Positions 7,334-15,157 of a DNA stretch of 64,000 nucleotides are shown one piece after another (positions within the stretch are counted from its first letter, which is position 1; every line of letters starts with the position of its first letter). The stretch lies in IMG/VR virus record IMGVR_UViG_3300038393_001148; one strand, given 5' to 3'. Origin of the DNA: a virus. Taxonomy: Duplodnaviria > Heunggongvirae > Uroviricota > Caudoviricetes. Under the pieces are notes generated by a model. The model saw nothing but the letters and a program-made list of their open reading frames with translations, did no database searches and was not told where the DNA came from. The translations under genes and the position numbers were made by a program.

Positions 7334-7591
7334 ATGGGGATCATGATGTACTGCCCACTCTGCGGAGTCGCAAGTAGGGATGGTATCGGACGCCCCTGGT
7401 GCCAACGACACGCTCTACACGGATATAAGCAGCCCAAGCTCTATAACCCTGATACGGGAGAAGCATGGTTCCCGTGCGCAGAGTGCGGTAAGACACGAGA
7501 GATCATCCTTGGCGGGGCCGTCCACGCCATCTCCAAGGTTCCCGATGATGATTATCTATGCGTCACTTGTCGTAGGAAATTCGATTCATGA
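7334..7591 (+). CDS. Double zinc-ribbon protein (CPLCG...CQRH ... CAECGK...DDDYLCVTCRR). Upstream partner of cassette copy 3.
   Basis: Track ORF of 85 aa. Confidence 0.6.
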   Translation: MGIMMYCPLCGVASRDGIGRPWCQRHALHGYKQPKLYNPDTGEAWFPCAECGKTREIILGGAVHAISKVPDDDYLCVTCRRKFDS

Positions 7592-7890
7592 ATAAGTCTC
7601 AACTCCTTGGATACACCTTCTTCACAGGTGACTCAAAACGATATATCATCCTTGAATGCAGCCCTCCCCATCCTGGCATGATAGAGGTGTACGGATGTCT
7701 TCCAGGGACGCTTCAACCAAATTTGCACGGCGATCATTCTCCCTGGGAAATCGACACATTGGTTAATTGCTTTAAACAATACCCCTGGACGATGGATGTC
7801 TTTGGATTTGGACTTGAGTATATTTATCCCCTCCGTCCTACCGCAGAGCAATTTTACGAAATGCTGAGAAGATCCGATGCTCTCGCATGA
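7588..7890 (+). CDS. '...RPTAEQFYEMLR' family protein, copy 3. Its C-terminal motif is shared with 5412..5705 and 5953..6243.
   Basis: Track ORF of 100 aa. Confidence 0.55.
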   Translation: MNKSQLLGYTFFTGDSKRYIILECSPPHPGMIEVYGCLPGTLQPNLHGDHSPWEIDTLVNCFKQYPWTMDVFGFGLEYIYPLRPTAEQFYEMLRRSDALA

Positions 7891-7970
7891 AGAGACATAG
7901 GATTGCCGCCCAGGGAGATTATTTGTGCGGAACCTGCCGCGTGCTTGACGAGAATATTTCGCCCTGGTAA
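7887..7970 (+). CDS. 27-aa micro-ORF carrying the family signature (MKRHRIAAQGDYLCGTCRVLDENISPW). It is either a degenerate relic or a functional mini-copy.
   Basis: Hand translation. Its ATG overlaps the stop of 7588..7890 (ATGA). Confidence 0.3.
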   Translation: MKRHRIAAQGDYLCGTCRVLDENISPW

Positions 7971-7980
7971 CCTTGGCGCA

Positions 7981-8340
7981 ATGCCCTACGTTTCTTACGC
8001 CAAGATGGTCTCGCCTGGTCGGACTAGCGTCTATCATATCGCAGAACGTTATGTCGGTCGGACTCGCTGGTCCCCGTGCTGCGGGGCTCATAACTACGGA
8101 CAAAGAATCTCTCTTCGAGACCTTACTGAGTCGGATGCCTCTCTCAGGGAGTGCAAGCAATGCGCTCAGATCATCTTAAAGCGTCGATCAGCTATTGACA
8201 AGCTTATAGGTCCAACGGGAACCTCAAAGCTGGTCCTTATGGATCTTGAAAGGGCCGTGGACGAATACGACATGGCAGATACCGTCTTCGGCCACGTCGT
8301 CAAGGACATTGTGTTGAAGCACTATCATCAGGAGGAATAG
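7981..8340 (+). CDS. Hypothetical Cys-rich protein (CCGAHNYG...CKQCAQ)
   Basis: Track ORF 7903..8340. An internal Met is preferred because the 5' part overlaps the micro-ORF in another frame. Confidence 0.35.
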   Translation: MPYVSYAKMVSPGRTSVYHIAERYVGRTRWSPCCGAHNYGQRISLRDLTESDASLRECKQCAQIILKRRSAIDKLIGPTGTSKLVLMDLERAVDEYDMADTVFGHVVKDIVLKHYHQEE

Positions 8341-8663
8341 TGCCTTTCACAGTTACCGGGTCCACGCGGGTCTATCGACATCAGGTCATTAGTTCTGGAA
8401 AGACTGTACATGTCGAAATCGAGATCAGCGATGCCCAAGTCTACGCTTGGCACGCCCAACTAGAAGCTGAGCGTGAAGCTCGCCTAAGGGAAGACGCTAC
8501 CTCCATCTGTAGCGACTGCGAAAGCCGTCCTAGTCAAGATGGAGACTACCTTTGCAAAGAGTGTCGTGACCTGCTAGACTACGTTCCTCCCGAGCCTGTG
8601 ATAGATGAGCTAGAGAAGCTTCGTCTTGAGGCTATGGAAGAAGGATATAGGTCTGCCATATGA
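8340..8663 (+). CDS. Zinc-ribbon family paralog (CSDCESRPSQDGDYLCKECRDLL)
   Basis: Track ORF of 107 aa. Confidence 0.55.
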   Translation: MPFTVTGSTRVYRHQVISSGKTVHVEIEISDAQVYAWHAQLEAEREARLREDATSICSDCESRPSQDGDYLCKECRDLLDYVPPEPVIDELEKLRLEAMEEGYRSAI

Positions 8664-8789
8664 AAATCCAACGAATCAGAAACACCAAGACTTTCGCCTT
8701 TCGCGTCACCACGAAGAAGGGCACCAAGGTCATCTCCCGACATCGGCTGAAGCTGCGCACTCCGAAGCTTCCTCCAAAGAGGAGGCAAG

Positions 8790-9161
8790 ATGGCTACGGA
8801 GGCTGACGTTCTCCCCGGTTCGGTATGGGAGTACAAGGACACCCAGGTGCAGGTCGAGGTGGTGAAGCGAAACGGAAATTTGGGTACTTGGCGGGTAACG
8901 TCATATCCAACCTACCCCTTATACGACGGAAAGTATTGGTACACCGGCAATACTGTTTCAAGTCTTGTCCGTAATGCGTATTTAGTTCAAGATGATCCTC
9001 AAGAAGGTGAGCTAACCGATCTTGACGTTATGAATTATCACGTCGCTGATAGCCCCGTGAAGAGGATTTCCCGTTCTCGCGGAGACTTCATTATCCATTT
9101 AGAGGACGCAATCCTAATCGCGTCAGGCCTGAAGCTTAAACTGGTGAAGGACGATGAGTAA
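8790..9161 (+). CDS. Hypothetical 123-aa protein
   Basis: Track ORF with a strong Shine-Dalgarno sequence (AAGAGGAGG) 5 nt upstream. Confidence 0.5.
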   Translation: MATEADVLPGSVWEYKDTQVQVEVVKRNGNLGTWRVTSYPTYPLYDGKYWYTGNTVSSLVRNAYLVQDDPQEGELTDLDVMNYHVADSPVKRISRSRGDFIIHLEDAILIASGLKLKLVKDDE

Positions 9162-9336
9162 GGTAATCCAAGAGGGAAACACCCTCAAGCTGAGGGGCCA
9201 AGGCTTTGGCACCATGACAGAGGCCGGTTCCGGCGAGAAGCAACTCATGAGCCTTATCTCTGCCATCGGCGTGACCTCCCCGGAAGAGAAGCAGGAGTGG
9301 ATGAATGGGTTTATTCCGCCGACGAGAGAAGACTGA
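9154..9336 (+). CDS. Hypothetical 60-aa protein
   Basis: Track ORF, coupled to the flanking genes. Confidence 0.3.
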   Translation: MSKVIQEGNTLKLRGQGFGTMTEAGSGEKQLMSLISAIGVTSPEEKQEWMNGFIPPTRED

Positions 9337-9679
9337 GGAGCTACGGATGAGATATCCAGCAGACTTGGCTGCCGAGTGGTATATGGAATCGGTTAATGCG
9401 CAGCCTGATGACCATAAGAGGTGGACTCGGGTCTTTATTCAGATCCGCCGCCCCGGTCGTGATAGTGTTTGCGACTTTGGGTCCGTGGACATTCGAGATC
9501 CCTCCTTTGAAACAAATTACAAGGAACTTGTGAATAAAGCACGGAAGCGTGTGGACCTACTAATAAGTTTCACTGGCGATGGAGAGCCACCAGAAGGTAT
9601 CTGCGCCGAATGCGGCGGGGACGCTTCAGCCAACGATTTCCTCTGCGAGACCTGTAGGAAGTCAGCCTCCGCAATATAA
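9305..9679 (+). CDS. Zinc-ribbon family paralog (CAECGGDASANDFLCETCRK)
   Basis: Track ORF of 124 aa. Confidence 0.55.
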   Translation: MGLFRRREKTEELRMRYPADLAAEWYMESVNAQPDDHKRWTRVFIQIRRPGRDSVCDFGSVDIRDPSFETNYKELVNKARKRVDLLISFTGDGEPPEGICAECGGDASANDFLCETCRKSASAI

Positions 9680-9686
9680 TCTTTGT

Positions 9687-10115
9687 ATGCCTTGGGAAGA
9701 CGTAGCACAGCCATCTGACATTACCGTCCATCGCCCTAATCCAGAGATGGATCCTTTCTACGATGGGCGAGGCGGGAACGACTATGAGGGTTTCCGAGGA
9801 AGAATCCCCCTAATCTACAACCCGCGAGAACGTCAGATTTGGACCGGCGAGCCCAACTGGTTTCACCATGACACCATCGAACATCATGGGCTTACCTCTA
9901 GCCAGTCGAGTCGTTATAATTATGATACGGCCTACCATGGATACTTTAATGGCGGGCCTGAGTGGGGCAGGGGAGAGCTAAGGTGGTATAATACTCCCCC
10001 CGAACCGGGGGCGCACGAGAACGTTGTTAATGCTCTAACCCAGGCTGGCTATCAGGTTAATCCCCAGACTCAAGCAGACGACCTAGAGAACGACGATCTC
10101 TGGGAAGACGACTAG
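9687..10115 (+). CDS. Hypothetical protein rich in W, Y and G, starting MPWEDVAQ
   Basis: Track ORF 9579..10115. The internal Met lies just after the upstream stop. Confidence 0.4.
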   Translation: MPWEDVAQPSDITVHRPNPEMDPFYDGRGGNDYEGFRGRIPLIYNPRERQIWTGEPNWFHHDTIEHHGLTSSQSSRYNYDTAYHGYFNGGPEWGRGELRWYNTPPEPGAHENVVNALTQAGYQVNPQTQADDLENDDLWEDD

Positions 10116-10151
10116 ACACGAAAAGGTCTGTTTGCTAGCCTTTCAGGCTGA

Positions 10152-10676
10152 ATGCCTGATAAGCCGCTACTACTACTTGATGTTGACGGAGTGCTGTGTC
10201 CCTTCGAAGGGATGATGCGCTATGAGAAGGCCGCTGGCCTAGATGTGGAAGGGATCCCCGGCTTCGAATGGAGCGAGTGGGGATGCGTTTTCTGGCGCAA
10301 GGAGAACGCTGAGCGCGTCCGCCGTCTCGCCCAATCCTTCGAGATCCATTGGTGTACGGGATGGTGCGAGGACGCCAACGAGATTATCTCTCCGCTCCAT
10401 GGCCTCCCCTCCTTCCCGGTCGTCCCGCTAGAGACAGCCTCCTATCTCGGCCAACACGACATCCACTGGAAGCACTCTGCTATCGAAGAATATGTCGGGG
10501 ATCGCCCCTACGCCTTTATCGATGACGACATCACTCATAAGGGCGTAGAGTACGCCGAGAGACGCGGCGTCCCGACGCTGTGGGTCCATACCCGCCCGAG
10601 CGAGGGCATTCTCGATAAACATGTCGAGAAGCTTGAAGAATTCGCGCGTCTTTGCGAGAATGTTTCCGATGCCTAA
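10152..10676 (+). CDS. HAD-superfamily phosphatase-like protein
   Basis: Motif I LLLDVDGVL (DxDGxL) and motif IV FIDDD are read in the translation. Confidence 0.65.
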   Translation: MPDKPLLLLDVDGVLCPFEGMMRYEKAAGLDVEGIPGFEWSEWGCVFWRKENAERVRRLAQSFEIHWCTGWCEDANEIISPLHGLPSFPVVPLETASYLGQHDIHWKHSAIEEYVGDRPYAFIDDDITHKGVEYAERRGVPTLWVHTRPSEGILDKHVEKLEEFARLCENVSDA

Positions 10677-11121
10677 CCCGCCCTTCGGCCTCCCGGCCAC
10701 GCTTGATTCGGCCATCGAGGTCTGGAAGCACCGCAACCTCACCAAGGAGCAGCGGGCGCAGTTCAAGGATAAAAAGCTGATACGGATTGCCTACCCGTAT
10801 CAGCCCATGGGAAACTATATCGGCTCCCCCCGCGCGACTGGCAGCCGCCCTTGGTACCCGCACCCGCATGAGGTGCGACCATGTTGCTGGGATGTCAAGG
10901 CAACATCCGTCAATTTCTTTACCTGGACCTGGCATAACCACTGCCGCACCGCCCGCCATGTAGCCCACCTATTCGACGTGAGCGAGGTCGAGCTACGTCG
11001 TCATGTGGGAATAAAGTCGGCCCCGTCACACTGTTCATGCGGGCGTTTCCGGCCCAAGGCCGACTATTTGTGCGGAAAGTGTCGAGAGAAGTTCCTTGAC
11101 ACCGAAATTTTGGACAAGTAG
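10669..11121 (+). CDS. Zinc-ribbon family paralog (CSCGRFRPKADYLCGKCREKF)
   Basis: Track ORF 10621..11121. The Met at 10669 (MPNPPF) overlaps the stop of the HAD gene. Confidence 0.55.
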   Translation: MPNPPFGLPATLDSAIEVWKHRNLTKEQRAQFKDKKLIRIAYPYQPMGNYIGSPRATGSRPWYPHPHEVRPCCWDVKATSVNFFTWTWHNHCRTARHVAHLFDVSEVELRRHVGIKSAPSHCSCGRFRPKADYLCGKCREKFLDTEILDK

Positions 11122-11131
11122 GCTTGTCACC

Positions 11132-12091
11132 ATGACAAAACAGAGTAGTACCAAGTTCTATGCCCTAGCCGTGCTCACCGTGGTTGGTGTGATCGTGGCG
11201 CTGTGGCTGTTCTTCTCATGGATCGGCGCATTCCAGAACCCCAAGCCGGGGAACGTTGGCATCTGCCAGCACACCGGGTGGAAGGGTTCGGGCACCTGCG
11301 GTGTCCTCCCGGCCGGTTCCAAGAAGAAGAACATCGGCATCCAGAACGAGCTTCGCAACCTGCCGATCACTCAGCGAAATTACTTGCTGACGGCAGACGC
11401 GGCTCGCTCGGATTCCAAGAACGTCGATAACGTGGTCCTCCCGACCGCTGACGGCGTGCGCGTGGGGATCGAGGGACAGGCGTTGTTCACCCTGGACGGC
11501 GATCCCAACAAGGCGCTGAGCTTCTACAAGAAGTTCTACCAGTTCAGCCCTTGGACCAGCAACGGATGGTCGTCCTGGCTGGACGTTCGCTTCCGTCCCA
11601 TCCTTGAGAACGCTCTACGTGAGGAAGTCGGCGGATATAACTGCACCGATCTCAACCCGTCCTGCGTGGCAATCAAGGGCGGCGCTGCGAATGGGACGAA
11701 GGCCAATGCCAATATCTCGCTCATCCAGGGCCGGATCGCGGACCAGCTTCGTCAGGATCTCAAGGACCGTCTCGGCGAGGAGTATTTCGTCAATGTACAG
11801 TTCCAGTTGACGAAGGTGACTCTTCCGGGCCTTCAGGACGAAATCGACCGCTACAACGCGGCGAAGGCGTCCCAGGCCACTGCGCAGGCCCGTGCAGAGC
11901 AGGTCAAGCAGGTCGCCATCGGCGAGCGCCAGGCTGCCGAGGAGAAGGCCAAGGGCATCCGTGCCCTGAACGAGGCCTACAAGAACTCCACGACCAAGGC
12001 ACAGATCGACGCCATCGCGGCCCTCCCGCGTAACCTCCAGACTCTCGTCCTCGGCGGGAGCGGAACCGGGCTCACGAAGCTCATCAAGTAG
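11132..12091 (+). CDS. SPFH/band-7-like membrane protein
   Basis: It has an N-terminal TM helix (FYALAVLTVVGVIVALWLFF). The central domain and the A/E/K/Q-rich C-terminal tail ending ...RNLQTLVLGG resemble prohibitin/HflC-type proteins. Track ORF 11096..12091. Confidence 0.5.
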   Translation: MTKQSSTKFYALAVLTVVGVIVALWLFFSWIGAFQNPKPGNVGICQHTGWKGSGTCGVLPAGSKKKNIGIQNELRNLPITQRNYLLTADAARSDSKNVDNVVLPTADGVRVGIEGQALFTLDGDPNKALSFYKKFYQFSPWTSNGWSSWLDVRFRPILENALREEVGGYNCTDLNPSCVAIKGGAANGTKANANISLIQGRIADQLRQDLKDRLGEEYFVNVQFQLTKVTLPGLQDEIDRYNAAKASQATAQARAEQVKQVAIGERQAAEEKAKGIRALNEAYKNSTTKAQIDAIAALPRNLQTLVLGGSGTGLTKLIK

Positions 12092-12098
12092 TACAACT

Positions 12099-12141
12099 AG
12101 GGCGAACGGTTCTGGGGAGGGTTCGATTCCCTCCCGCCCTA
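12099..12141 (+). other. tRNA-like minihelix: a T-arm (GAGGG-TTCGATT-CCCTC) stacked on a 6–7 bp acceptor-like stem (AGGGCGA/CCGCCCT). It lies 8 nt after the stop of the SPFH gene.
   Basis: Read directly: tAGGGCGAacggttctgGGGAGGGTTCGATTCCCTCCCGCCCTaa. The T-loop GTTCGATTCC is canonical, but the element is too short (43 nt) to be a complete tRNA. Confidence 0.45.
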
Positions 12142-12183
12142 ATATGACTAAGTACCTGACAATTCAAACTCAGGACGGCCAGG

Positions 12184-12564
12184 ATGCCTGAGCGATGGGA
12201 GCAGAAGACCACTAAGACACCGGGCCCGCGTCGGCAGATCACGCTGGACATCGGCGAGCGCTCGATTACATCCTTGCTCACGGGTGAGAAGGCCGACCGC
12301 ATCTGGATCACCGAGAACGACGATGGCTCCTACGGTCTGCACGCCACCACCCCGGTGGGCGTGACCCGCGCCGCTGGCGTCAAGCCGGTCTCTGACGTTG
12401 TGGTCGAGTGCATGAACGAACTGGTTGACAGCATCAACGCCAACCTGGACGAGATGCCGCAGCCGGTGCTCGACACGCTCGACAGGGTGACCGAGCGCTA
12501 CCTCAACTACAACGGCGAGGTCGCCGAGGCCAACGCTTCTGACGACGATCCGGAGTGTAGGTAA
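12184..12564 (+). CDS. Hypothetical 126-aa acidic protein
   Basis: Track ORF. Confidence 0.45.
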   Translation: MPERWEQKTTKTPGPRRQITLDIGERSITSLLTGEKADRIWITENDDGSYGLHATTPVGVTRAAGVKPVSDVVVECMNELVDSINANLDEMPQPVLDTLDRVTERYLNYNGEVAEANASDDDPECR

Positions 12565-12565
12565 T

Positions 12566-12850
12566 ATGCAGCGCCTAGCAGAAACGGCACTCTTCTTGTT
12601 CGTCATCTTCATGGTGATCCTCTTCCTGGCCTGGCTCTATGACCGGGCTCGGAAGCAGATCCGGTGGACTGTCGTCCGGGAAGAGACGGACGCTTTTACC
12701 GAGTTTTGGATCGCCAAGGGACGCCAGCGCAAGCATATTGGTCGCGCCCGAGTGGAGGCCGATAACTACGACGAGCACCTAGCGGAGCTAGAGGCCGAGG
12801 CCGAGGACCAGCGCGACAGACGCAATCAGGCCGAGTCGGCGCTACCGTGA
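12566..12850 (+). CDS. Hypothetical protein with an N-terminal TM helix
   Basis: Track ORF. The N-terminus reads LFLFVIFMVILFLAWLY. Confidence 0.45.
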   Translation: MQRLAETALFLFVIFMVILFLAWLYDRARKQIRWTVVREETDAFTEFWIAKGRQRKHIGRARVEADNYDEHLAELEAEAEDQRDRRNQAESALP

Positions 12851-13320
12851 CCATGCGGATTCCTGACGGGATCCCCGACATCCCTCCGTACCACATAGAA
12901 GAGAGAATTATGCTTGGAGAATTGAAGTTCGATTTCAGTCGCACCGAGATCATGGAGCGAGTGAAGGAAAACCGCGATAAGCATGCTGAAGAATTCGCTG
13001 TCGCGCTGAAGGGCTACTACCTGGAGGTTCAGGAGCAGCTTGAGAAGATCGCTGAGGAGGCGCAGAAGGCTTCCGTAAAGGCGGGCAAGGAGAAGGACCC
13101 CAAGTCTCTCACCTACTCCGTCAATGCGCGTAAGCCCGAGGATCACACCGGCGACTACGACCGGATTCTCGATATGCTTCGCCTGGCGAAGAACGAGAAC
13201 ATCGAACTGGACGAGCAGGAGTTCGCCCAGTACGTCCGCGACGAATGGGCCTGGAAGCAGCGCTTCACCGAGACCTCCTCTACCTATCTCTCCAAGTTCG
13301 GAACGAGGATCAGCGGATGA
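12847..13320 (+). CDS. Hypothetical coiled-coil protein (157 aa)
   Basis: Track ORF. Confidence 0.45.
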   Translation: MTMRIPDGIPDIPPYHIEERIMLGELKFDFSRTEIMERVKENRDKHAEEFAVALKGYYLEVQEQLEKIAEEAQKASVKAGKEKDPKSLTYSVNARKPEDHTGDYDRILDMLRLAKNENIELDEQEFAQYVRDEWAWKQRFTETSSTYLSKFGTRISG

Positions 13321-13505
13321 CGGTGAGGGATATGTCGCTGACGGAGATGTCTCCAAAGAAGATCCGCCTTCTTAGGGACTTCGGTCCTTATTCGAAGGGG
13401 GAGGTGGGGGATCTCTACAAGAGAGATGATGAACTCGCCTGGGTATATTTTGATGGGGATGACAAGCGCATCCTCTTCCACGACGAATACGAAGACGTGA
13501 AGTGA
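13317..13505 (+). CDS. Hypothetical 62-aa protein
   Basis: Track ORF 13245..13505. The Met at 13317 overlaps the upstream stop (ATGA). Confidence 0.35.
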   Translation: MTVRDMSLTEMSPKKIRLLRDFGPYSKGEVGDLYKRDDELAWVYFDGDDKRILFHDEYEDVK

Positions 13506-13690
13506 GCCAGATTTCTATTGTGGTGACCCTGAAGAAGGGAGCCAGCGTTGCCGCCGTACAGACGGGGCTGCGCAACGCCGGATTTGATCAGAAGCTCGCA
13601 ACCGACACCAGCTTCTATGGGACCATCGATGAGGACCAGTACAGGAACCTCGCGGTGATCACGGGTATTGATTCCGTCAAGCCCATGTGA
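13502..13690 (+). CDS. Hypothetical 62-aa protein
   Basis: Track ORF. Confidence 0.35.
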   Translation: MSQISIVVTLKKGASVAAVQTGLRNAGFDQKLATDTSFYGTIDEDQYRNLAVITGIDSVKPM

Positions 13691-14115
13691 TGTTCCCTGC
13701 TTCTGACACGGTATATGGCCTGCCTGTAGCGAAACTACAGGCAGGCGATTCCATTATCGGCCAGGATGATAGAGAATATCTGATCGAAGAAATAACGCCT
13801 CGTTGGGCCAACGCCCGCACGCGCGCAGAGGCCTCATTGACTGGTGACCTATTGACCGGCTTTGACATTAAGGCGCTTGATGTCAACGGGCTCGCGGTAA
13901 AGACCTTCATCGCGAAGAATGCCCGTCTCAACGCGATTAAACGACGCATCGATGACGAAGACGCCGAACGCCTCTTCGGAATTAAGGTGTGTCTTGAGTG
14001 CGAAGAGATGCGTTCAATCGCTCGTTACTGGGCCGACGACGACTATATCTGCAAAGTGTGTAGGGGGGACACTCATGAAACGGAAGCTTCATTTCAACCG
14101 CGCCAGCCACGATAG
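13687..14115 (+). CDS. Zinc-ribbon family paralog (CLECEEMRSIARYWADDDYICKVCRGD), directly upstream of the AAA+ ATPase
   Basis: Track ORF of 142 aa. Confidence 0.55.
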   Translation: MMFPASDTVYGLPVAKLQAGDSIIGQDDREYLIEEITPRWANARTRAEASLTGDLLTGFDIKALDVNGLAVKTFIAKNARLNAIKRRIDDEDAERLFGIKVCLECEEMRSIARYWADDDYICKVCRGDTHETEASFQPRQPR

Positions 14116-14116
14116 T

Positions 14117-15121
14117 ATGGAGGTTGCGGAGTATTTCGCCGCAATGTCTAATAAGCTGGAGTTTAACCATACGCAAAGGGCAGGCTGGGCGACGGATTTT
14201 AAGAATCTCGACCATCTTCCCTTTCAGGTGGCATCCCATCGCGGAGATGGTTATTGCTATGCGCTCTGCCATGAAGAGCACTTTGTAGCGCTTTACTATC
14301 TCAGCAACGGGACCGTTTGGCTTACCGTTGCTGCTCGAACTGCCGACCATCTTAGTAACTTCCAAAGTCTCAAGGATGCTGTGCCTGAGGCTAAGCACGA
14401 AGATGATCGCGTGGTATTCAAGTTCTGGGTCCAGACGCAGAACGGCCCAAGCAACTCAAACCGCAAGCTCGAAGCCCCAACCTGGGACGAGATCCGCGAT
14501 AACTACTCTGGGCTTATTCTTCCCGAGCTTGACACCCTTATGCAGGCTAAGGATGGCGAGGAGCTACGGGATGGGCGACTGCATCTCTGGCGTGGTGCTC
14601 CGGGAACCGGGAAGACCTACGCCATCCGAGCGATGGCCCGCGCCTGGCAGGATTGGTGCGATTTCCATTTCGTAGTGGACCCCGACCAGTTTTTTGGGCA
14701 CGGAGCCGACTACATGATGAAGGTCATCATGAGTGGGAGCGAGGACCGCTGGAAGATCTTGGTATTGGAGGACTCTGGCGAGTTGCTTGCCGCCGACGCG
14801 AAGCAACAAGCAGGCCAAGGGCTTTCCCGCTTGCTCAACGTGGTAGACGGGGTTCTCGGCCAAGGCCTGAAGCTAATGGTTCTGGTGACCACGAACGAGG
14901 ATCTTCAGGTTCTCCACGAAGCCGTCACGAGGAACGGGCGCTGCGCGTCCTGTCTCGCCTTCGATCCGCTGACGGGGCAGGAGGCCCGCGAGTGGCTTCG
15001 CGCCCGCGACTATAAGGGCGCAGTCCCAAGTCGGGAGGCCTCGGTATCTGAGCTTTATGCCATCCTCAAGGGTGAAGAACTAGAAACACAGAGCCCACGG
15101 AAAGCTATCGGCTTCGCCTAG
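14117..15121 (+). CDS. Classical-clade AAA+ ATPase
   Basis: Walker A GAPGTGKT and Walker B ILVLEDSGE are read in the translation. The LLNVVDG and VLVTTNEDLQ...RNGR sensor/arginine-finger region also matches. Track ORF 13919..15121, with the start taken after the upstream stop (an alternative start is at 14075). Confidence 0.7.
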   Translation: MEVAEYFAAMSNKLEFNHTQRAGWATDFKNLDHLPFQVASHRGDGYCYALCHEEHFVALYYLSNGTVWLTVAARTADHLSNFQSLKDAVPEAKHEDDRVVFKFWVQTQNGPSNSNRKLEAPTWDEIRDNYSGLILPELDTLMQAKDGEELRDGRLHLWRGAPGTGKTYAIRAMARAWQDWCDFHFVVDPDQFFGHGADYMMKVIMSGSEDRWKILVLEDSGELLAADAKQQAGQGLSRLLNVVDGVLGQGLKLMVLVTTNEDLQVLHEAVTRNGRCASCLAFDPLTGQEAREWLRARDYKGAVPSREASVSELYAILKGEELETQSPRKAIGFA

Positions 15122-15157
15122 CTTGCAACCCACGTAAGACCCTGGTACGCTACACAC

